DNA of 64,000 nucleotides. It comes from an uncultured Candidatus Saccharibacteria bacterium (GTDB lineage: Bacteria; Patescibacteriota; UBA1384; DTJR01). A program made the position numbers and the translations under genes. How positions within the stretch are numbered: the first letter of the stretch is position 1; each line of letters starts with the position of its first letter. The notes under the pieces are model-generated. The model saw only the letters and a list, made by a program, of their open reading frames with translations, was not told where the DNA came from and did no database searches. Shown here one piece after another: positions 57,928 to 64,000 of this stretch. Where the stretch lies: contig CAZAOT010000001.1 in the NCBI GenBank assembly GCA_964487045.1, positions 70,745 through 134,744 on the forward strand, given 5' to 3'.

Positions 57928-58608
57928 ATGCTTCAGACAGTCGTATCGGCGTCAGCGGGCTTAATGACTACCTACCACGTAGAACGTGCTGGGGTCATTA
58001 GTCTTGGATCACTCGGGAGAGGACTAGTTGTGGTCAGTCGCAACATCTTCTGCCGTTACCTCATATCTCCAGAAGGCGAGATGGGGTTCTTCGATCAGCA
58101 GTGTCTCGCAAGTTCGCGCATGAATAACACCCTTGTCGGCGGAAAGATTGACTTGGCTGCCTATATGGCAGGTGCCTTCAAGGGATTGTGCACTAACTGC
58201 ATCGAGGGAACGGCGAGTGTTGTATCGCGAGATTTTCTCGCCCAGGTACTGCCAACTCTCGACCTGTCTATTCTGAAGGTGGAGCGGTTCTCACTGGTGA
58301 TAACAACGCTTCAAAGTGCCGACAAGGCCTGCAGCTTCATGATGAGACGTCGTATCCAAGGCTTTCCGGAGTATTTGACCGGCGCCTACACTCTGCCTAC
58401 TGATCTGCTACACGAGGCAGGTAAGCTGTTCAGATCATCCTGGCTTCAGGGCAACCTGGATTCGATCGATGCTCTGGTCAGGTCAACTGGAGAGACGCCT
58501 CAGCTCAGAGGGGCAGGTTCAGCTGGTATACTTTCGAGTCCACTTCGCGCGAATTTGATGAAGTGGTTCAAGGGAATCACGTGTCACGAAGCTATCTCTC
58601 TAGAATGA
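57928..58608 (+). CDS. Hypothetical protein (226 aa) in a GC-rich island; orphan
   Basis: SD GAGGAGG 6 nt before the ATG at 57928; the track TTG start at 57913 is probably an over-extension. Codon usage richer in GC than neighbours. Confidence 0.45.
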   Translation: MLQTVVSASAGLMTTYHVERAGVISLGSLGRGLVVVSRNIFCRYLISPEGEMGFFDQQCLASSRMNNTLVGGKIDLAAYMAGAFKGLCTNCIEGTASVVSRDFLAQVLPTLDLSILKVERFSLVITTLQSADKACSFMMRRRIQGFPEYLTGAYTLPTDLLHEAGKLFRSSWLQGNLDSIDALVRSTGETPQLRGAGSAGILSSPLRANLMKWFKGITCHEAISLE

Positions 58609-58628
58609 GCGTCTTTTGCTTTATCTCT

Positions 58629-58658
58629 AGGCCGCTGCGCCATCTGACGCAGCGGCCT
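58629..58658 (+). terminator. Perfect 11-bp GC-rich hairpin aggccgctgcg-ccatctga-cgcagcggcct followed by a T-rich tract
   Basis: Arms verified as reverse complements; ttgtcttttt downstream. Confidence 0.6.
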
Positions 58659-58695
58659 ATTGTCTTTTTAGGAGTAAAAATGTATTTTTTAAGTA

Positions 58696-59844
58696 ATGGA
58701 AAACCAAAAAACAATTCTTTTTGACGGAAGATTTCTGGCTCTTTCTAATGCTGGCCTCGGCCGGTATTCTTCCGAGGTTTTAAAAAATATGCTTTCTCTT
58801 TCTGGCGATGACCTAAAGTTTATTATTTTAGTCATGCCAAAGACTAAATTTTCCGATGACCTGAAGGAAGCAATTTCCAAAAAAGAATCATTGGTTGAGG
58901 TTATCGAATTTGACGCTAAGCACTATTCATATAGAGAACAAACAGCGCTAAAAAAATTACTTGATGAAATCAAACCTGATTTGGTTCATTTCACCAATCT
59001 AAATCATCCGGTTTTTTATAAAGGTAAGTTTGTGGTTACTATTCATGACTTAACTCTGTTTGATTATGCCGAGCGTGCAAGCGCCTTTAAGAAGTTTGCT
59101 TATAGCTATGTGATTAAAAAAGCCGCTCAAAATTCACAAAAAATTCTTACTGTCAGCGAATTTGCGAAGCGCCAAATGGTCAAAAAATTTGCCATCAATG
59201 CTAGCAAGGTGGTGGTTACCTATAATGGTATTGATGATAAGTTCAAAAAAATTACCAACCCACGAACTCTTCTCCAGGGTGAAAAATATGGGCTAGATAA
59301 GCCGTACTATTTATATGTCGGTCAGTGGAGAAGCCATAAGAACCTACTTGTTTTGGTCCGCGCTTTTGCGCAGCTGATGCAAAAGGGACTTCAGGGAAAA
59401 GTAGAGCTGGTTTTTGCTGGTAAAATCGATAAGAAATATCCAGAGCTTACCAGTGAAGTAGAAAAATTAGGGCTAAAAAACGATGTTAAATTTACTGGCT
59501 TTGTAGAGGATGCAGATTTGCCGATAATTTATAATAATGCTCTCGCTTTTGTCTTTCCCTCGCTTTCCGAAGGATTTGGCTTACCGGCCCTAGAAGCTCA
59601 GGCTTGCGCAACGCCAGTTGTTTCCAGCGATAAGACTTCGCTTCCGGAGGTTTTAGGGGATGGCGCGGTTTACTTTAATGCGACAAGTGTATCTGATTTA
59701 ACCAAGAAGATGATCGATGTTCTTCAGGACGAAAAGCTTAGAAATAAGCTGATCGATGAGGGTCTCGAAAACGCGAAAAGGTTCACTTGGAAGCAAACAG
59801 CCCAGAAAACTCTTGAAGTTTACTCTGATTTATTGTATAAATAG
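58696..59844 (+). CDS. Glycosyltransferase family 4
   Basis: …FPSLSEGFGLPALEAQACATPVVSSDKTSLPEVLGD… (EX7E motif). Confidence 0.85.
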   Translation: MENQKTILFDGRFLALSNAGLGRYSSEVLKNMLSLSGDDLKFIILVMPKTKFSDDLKEAISKKESLVEVIEFDAKHYSYREQTALKKLLDEIKPDLVHFTNLNHPVFYKGKFVVTIHDLTLFDYAERASAFKKFAYSYVIKKAAQNSQKILTVSEFAKRQMVKKFAINASKVVVTYNGIDDKFKKITNPRTLLQGEKYGLDKPYYLYVGQWRSHKNLLVLVRAFAQLMQKGLQGKVELVFAGKIDKKYPELTSEVEKLGLKNDVKFTGFVEDADLPIIYNNALAFVFPSLSEGFGLPALEAQACATPVVSSDKTSLPEVLGDGAVYFNATSVSDLTKKMIDVLQDEKLRNKLIDEGLENAKRFTWKQTAQKTLEVYSDLLYK

Positions 59845-59877
59845 CTAATTTAGTAAATATATTTGGAGGACATGAGT

Positions 59878-61863
59878 ATGGAAAATATGGCAATTTATTT
59901 TGCACTTGCGAGCGCGCTTGTCGCAATTGTTTATGGACTGCTTGTCAGTCGATGGATTTTGAAAAAAGAGGTGGGGAATAAAAAGATGGTTGAAATTGCT
60001 CAAGCAATTCAACAGGGTGCTTCTGCGTATATGAATCGACAGTATAAGACCGTTGCTGTTGTAGCAGTAATTTTAGCGGTCGTTTTATATTTTGCTCTTG
60101 GCATTTATTCAGCTATTGGATTCTTAATAGGAGCAATTTTGTCGGCTTTGGCCGGATATATCGGAATGTTTGTTTCGGTGAGAGCAAATATCAGAGTTGC
60201 CGAAGCTGCGCGAACTGGTATTAAAGAGGCCATGGACGTCGCATTTAAGGGTGGCTCGGTTACCGGTCTTTTGGTAGTCGGACTTGGACTTCTAGGTGTA
60301 GCTGGATTTTACGCTCTTACTAGAGATCCTAAGGCTCTTATCGGACTAGGTTTTGGAGGTTCGCTAATTTCAGTTTTTGCTAGACTTGGCGGAGGAATTT
60401 TTACTAAGGCTGCGGACGTAGGGGCTGACTTAGTCGGAAAAGTTGAAAAAGACATTCCTGAAGATGATCCAAGAAACCCAGCTGTTATTGCCGATAACGT
60501 CGGAGATAATGTAGGAGACTGCGCTGGAATGGCTGCAGACTTGTTTGAAACTTATGCAGTAACTGCAGTTGCAACAATGTTGCTTGGAACTTTGATTTTC
60601 CGAGACAGTAATGTTGGTGTAATTTTCCCGCTAGTTCTTGGAGGAATTTCAATTCTCTCATCGGTTGTCGGTAGCTTCTTCGTAAGACTATCTGGAACTA
60701 AGATTATGGGCGCTCTGTATAAGGGGTTAATTGCTTCCGGAGTTATTTCTGCCGTAGCATTTTATTTTGCCTCCCAGTACATGATGGCTGACTATCAACC
60801 ACTTAATTTGTTCTATTGTTCGCTTATCGGTCTTGGTGTAACCGCAGGTATGTTCATTATTACCGAATACTTTACCTCAACGATCTACAATCCTGTTAAG
60901 TCGATCGCTAAAGCTTCGACCACCGGACACGGGACTAACATTATCACTGGACTTGCTGTTTCGATGAAGGCAACCATCCTACCGGTCTTGTTAATTGCTG
61001 CTGGTACGCTTGGAGCTTATGCGCTATCTGACATTTATGGAGTCGCTATCGCAGCTTTCGCAATGCTTTCGATGACAGGTATTGTCGTTGCAATTGATGC
61101 TTATGGACCAATTACAGACAACGCTGGCGGAATCGCTGAGATGGCTGGTCTTCCACAAAAGGTTAGAGATGTTACTGATCCGCTCGATGCGGTTGGAAAC
61201 ACGACCAAGGCTGTGACAAAGGGTTATGCTATTGCTTCAGCAGGACTAGCCGCAATCGTATTATTTTCTTCTTACACTGAAGAGATAAGAAATCTTGGCG
61301 TAAATCTAGATTTTTCACTTTCTGATCCTAAGGTTTTGATCGGATTGTTTATCGGTGGTCTTCTACCTTATTGGTTTGGTGCGCTCTCAATGGAAGCAGT
61401 TGGAAAAACTGCCGGAGCAGTTGTCGAAGAGGTAAGACGACAATTCAGGACTATCAAGGGAATTATGGAAGGAACCGCTAAGCCTGACTATACAAGAAGC
61501 GTTGATATTGTAACCAAGGCAGCTATCAAGCAAATGATTTATCCTGCGCTTATTCCAGTTATCGTTCCGATTTTAGTCGGATTCTTGCTCGGACCAGTTG
61601 CACTTGGAGGTGTTCTGGTTGGTTCGATTGTCACCGGGATCTTTGTCGCTATCTCAATGACCTCAGGCGGAGCAGCTTGGGATAATGCTAAGAAGTATAT
61701 CGAGCTTGGTAATTATGGTGGAAAGGGCTCAGACGCTCACAAGGCAGCTGTGACCGGAGACACCGTTGGTGATCCTTACAAAGACACTGCTGGACCAGCC
61801 ATCAACCCTATGATCAAAATCTTGAACATTATTGCTCTTTTGATCGTATCGTTCATTATATAA
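59878..61863 (+). CDS. hppA: Membrane-bound H+/Na+-translocating pyrophosphatase
   Basis: Conserved [21 protein letters not shown] and GG…DAxGN motifs; 15-16 TM. SD GGAGGA 7 nt before the chosen ATG; the track start is 59863. Confidence 0.9.
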   Translation: MENMAIYFALASALVAIVYGLLVSRWILKKEVGNKKMVEIAQAIQQGASAYMNRQYKTVAVVAVILAVVLYFALGIYSAIGFLIGAILSALAGYIGMFVSVRANIRVAEAARTGIKEAMDVAFKGGSVTGLLVVGLGLLGVAGFYALTRDPKALIGLGFGGSLISVFARLGGGIFTKAADVGADLVGKVEKDIPEDDPRNPAVIADNVGDNVGDCAGMAADLFETYAVTAVATMLLGTLIFRDSNVGVIFPLVLGGISILSSVVGSFFVRLSGTKIMGALYKGLIASGVISAVAFYFASQYMMADYQPLNLFYCSLIGLGVTAGMFIITEYFTSTIYNPVKSIAKASTTGHGTNIITGLAVSMKATILPVLLIAAGTLGAYALSDIYGVAIAAFAMLSMTGIVVAIDAYGPITDNAGGIAEMAGLPQKVRDVTDPLDAVGNTTKAVTKGYAIASAGLAAIVLFSSYTEEIRNLGVNLDFSLSDPKVLIGLFIGGLLPYWFGALSMEAVGKTAGAVVEEVRRQFRTIKGIMEGTAKPDYTRSVDIVTKAAIKQMIYPALIPVIVPILVGFLLGPVALGGVLVGSIVTGIFVAISMTSGGAAWDNAKKYIELGNYGGKGSDAHKAAVTGDTVGDPYKDTAGPAINPMIKILNIIALLIVSFII

Positions 61864-61869
61864 TCAAAA

Positions 61870-62118
61870 ATGATTAACAAATCTCTTATTGTGGCTGAGA
61901 AGCCACTTAAGATTAGGGTAGGTAAGCTTTCTCCTTCGATTGTAAAGCTGATTCTGAGCGACAATCAGTCATTCGAGATAAATCGAAAGTATCTACCCGC
62001 TAGTGCGAAGACAGGGGACGAGCTATACTTGAATTTGATAGACGAAGAATCGTTTGGCTCAACTAAGAAAGAAATAGCTCAAGAGCTACTTGAGCAAATC
62101 CTATCCAAGGATGACTAA
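61870..62118 (+). CDS. Small hypothetical protein (82 aa)
   Basis: ORF immediately after hppA; no family recognised. Confidence 0.4.
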   Translation: MINKSLIVAEKPLKIRVGKLSPSIVKLILSDNQSFEINRKYLPASAKTGDELYLNLIDEESFGSTKKEIAQELLEQILSKDD

Positions 62119-63925
62119 AGAAAAGAAAACTAAAGATAAGAAGCTTGGGTTTAATCCGTATGCTATTATTTTTGGTTCTATAGCAGTAATTCTGCTTTTG
62201 GCACTCGCAATCTTTGCATATGGCTATGCTTACTCGGATAAAGTTTTGCTTAATTCATATCTGCAAGGTAGCAATGTCTCATCTCAAACTAGGGATGAAC
62301 TTAAGTCTGAAATTGATCAAATCAACAATGACTATACTGACAAAAAGATAGTTGTCACATTTGAGGACAAGAAATGGGAGATTAGTTATGAAGATATGGC
62401 CTGGTCTCTCGAGAGAGAAAAGACGCTAGATTCAATCTTTTCGTATGGACACTCGGAAAAATTCCAAAATAAATATTTCGATCTGCTCCGTTCTGTCGTC
62501 AAAAAGAAAGATTTTAATCTCGAATATAAGTTTAATGAAATGGTTGTGCTGGACTGGGTTAATGGAATAAATAGTGAGATCGGTCAACCCAAGCAAGAAA
62601 CAAATATTGTTATAAAGAAGGGTGAAGCAAAAATTACCGATTCGAATACCGGGAAAAAAATAAATGACGAGTTTATAAAATCGGCGATTTTAGAACGTCT
62701 CTCTCTGAAGGCGAAGGGTGATATCAAGGCTGAATTAATAGAAGACCAGAGTGTGATTAGCAGAAGCGAGGCTGAAGCGTTAGTACAGAAGGCTAAAGAT
62801 CTTGTCCAAAATGATGTCCAAATAGTTGGGCCCAATGAATCAATCACGCTAAGTAAGGATAGGCTTGGGTCAATAATTGAGCTTAAGAAAAGAGAGAAAA
62901 AAGGATTTTTCAAAAGCGAGCTTGGTGATGCATATGTATCTTTTGATGCCGAAAAAATAAAGTCATTTTTACAAGAAAACTTAAATGAATTAAATAACCA
63001 AGCGGTTGATGCAAAGTTCACAATCTCATCCGGCCAAATAACTCTGACTTCGCCATCGCAAGCAGGTAAAGAGATAAAAATGGATGAGTCGGTAAGTAGA
63101 ATTGTTGGTGGGCTTGAGCAGGGAGAGCAAAAAATTAATTTGCCAACCAAGATTCAAGAGCCTTCTATCTCGGCCCAAACTAGTGAAGATATTAAAAAAA
63201 TCGGTATTAAGGAATTGATTGGTACTGCTACAACAGATTTCAAAAAATCTCCGGCTAATAGAATTCACAATATCGAAACAGGACTAAAATATATTTCTGG
63301 AGCGATTGTAAAACCTGGCGAAGAATTTTCGACAGTTAAAAGGCTTGGCAGCATTGATCAATCTGGGGGTTATTTACCTGAGCTGGTCATCAAGGAAAAC
63401 GAGACGGTTCCTGAGTTTGGCGGTGGTTTGTGCCAAGTTTCTTCAACTCTATTTAGAGCGGCTATGCAATCGGGTCTTAAGATAACGGAAAGACAGAATC
63501 ACTCTTATCGAGTTAGCTATTATGAGCCACCAGTTGGCATGGATGCGACTATTTATTCACCAAGACCGGACTTTAAATTTAGAAACGATACTGATTCATA
63601 TATCTTGATTTATGGTCATATCGAAGGGACTAAAATAACCTTTGATATTTACGGGACGAAAGATGGTCGCGAAGTATCGATTACAGATCCTATCGTCTAT
63701 GACATAACGGATCCGCCTGAGCCAATTTATGTAGATGATCCTAGCTTGGAGCCAGGAGAAATTAAGCAAACCGACAAGGCCCATCCTGGGGCAAAAGCAT
63801 CTTTTCGATATGTAGTTAAGAAAAATGGTAAAATTTTGAGTGAAGAAAAATTTGTTTCTTCTTATGTGCCTTGGGCGGCAAAATATTTGAGAGGGCCTCA
63901 GGTGGAGAGCTCTCCTACTCCATAA
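62111..63925 (+). CDS. VanW-family protein (N-terminal TM anchor, central domain, C-terminal VanW domain)
   Basis: C-terminal VanW-like segment …GGGLCQVSSTLFRAAMQSGLKITERQNHSYRVSYYEPPVGMDATIYSP…; TM IIFGSIAVILLLALAIFAY. Start taken at the ATG; the track TTG start is 62090. Confidence 0.7.
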   Translation: MTKEKKTKDKKLGFNPYAIIFGSIAVILLLALAIFAYGYAYSDKVLLNSYLQGSNVSSQTRDELKSEIDQINNDYTDKKIVVTFEDKKWEISYEDMAWSLEREKTLDSIFSYGHSEKFQNKYFDLLRSVVKKKDFNLEYKFNEMVVLDWVNGINSEIGQPKQETNIVIKKGEAKITDSNTGKKINDEFIKSAILERLSLKAKGDIKAELIEDQSVISRSEAEALVQKAKDLVQNDVQIVGPNESITLSKDRLGSIIELKKREKKGFFKSELGDAYVSFDAEKIKSFLQENLNELNNQAVDAKFTISSGQITLTSPSQAGKEIKMDESVSRIVGGLEQGEQKINLPTKIQEPSISAQTSEDIKKIGIKELIGTATTDFKKSPANRIHNIETGLKYISGAIVKPGEEFSTVKRLGSIDQSGGYLPELVIKENETVPEFGGGLCQVSSTLFRAAMQSGLKITERQNHSYRVSYYEPPVGMDATIYSPRPDFKFRNDTDSYILIYGHIEGTKITFDIYGTKDGREVSITDPIVYDITDPPEPIYVDDPSLEPGEIKQTDKAHPGAKASFRYVVKKNGKILSEEKFVSSYVPWAAKYLRGPQVESSPTP

Positions 63926-63935
63926 GTTACAAAAA

Positions 63936-64000
63936 TGTCTAAAAAGCATAAAGCCAATATCACACTGATAATTTTAGCTGTCGTTAGCGCGATAATTGTT
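63936..64000 (+). CDS. Start of a membrane protein (MSKKHKANITLIILAVVSAIIV…), truncated by the window end
   Basis: ATG followed by a hydrophobic stretch; only 21 codons visible. Confidence 0.3.

Overview
AT-rich bacterial chromosome fragment. GGAGG-type Shine-Dalgarno sites, many 1-4 nt start/stop overlaps, giant repeat-rich surface proteins and a large glycosylation locus fit a small-genome, Gram-positive-type (possibly CPR/Patescibacteria-like) organism; this placement is inference only. No rRNA genes, CRISPR arrays, transposases or phage structural genes were seen.

Gene content, in order:
(1) Two giant surface proteins. One is a 5'-truncated NHL-repeat protein (>1926 aa); the other is a 2454-aa Kelch-like propeller protein. 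They share FN3-like modules and a conserved C-terminal ~130-aa module. A divergent TetR gene lies between them, and an ABC ATPase plus FtsX/MacB-type permease lie downstream.
(2) groES-groEL, a Xer-type tyrosine recombinase, DedA, two tandem PAP2 genes, a PRC-barrel protein, an SDR, and ychF carrying an in-frame GC-rich palindromic insertion.
(3) tRNA-Glu(CTC), preceded by a tRNA-like 5' fragment and followed by a hairpin-dense non-coding region with a perfect 24-bp inverted repeat.
(4) A tightly packed ~10-kb minus-strand operon (32665-42999). It encodes two paralogous >980-aa polytopic membrane proteins of VirB6/TrbL/TcpH-like architecture, a bitopic Ala/Gly-repeat protein, a small cytoplasmic protein, an anchored secreted protein and an HExxH protein. 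This is the best candidate for an undescribed T4SS-like translocation module.
(5) A ~16-kb surface-glycan/glycosylation locus: Wzx flippase, three GT4, two Wzy/O-antigen-ligase-like proteins, three PMT/ArnT-like GT-C enzymes (one fused to a Dpm1-like GT2), a Dpm1-like GT2-GtrA fusion and a glycoside hydrolase.
(6) Membrane pyrophosphatase hppA and a VanW-family protein.

Superimposed on this are four discrete GC-rich single-gene cassettes (16.1-17.0 kb, 28.8-29.5 kb, 32.2-32.6 kb, 57.9-58.6 kb). Each has its own near-consensus sigma70 promoter, GGAGG ribosome-binding site and strong GC-rich perfect-stem terminator hairpin. They encode unrelated orphan proteins with foreign codon usage, which suggests repeated horizontal acquisition from a higher-GC donor.
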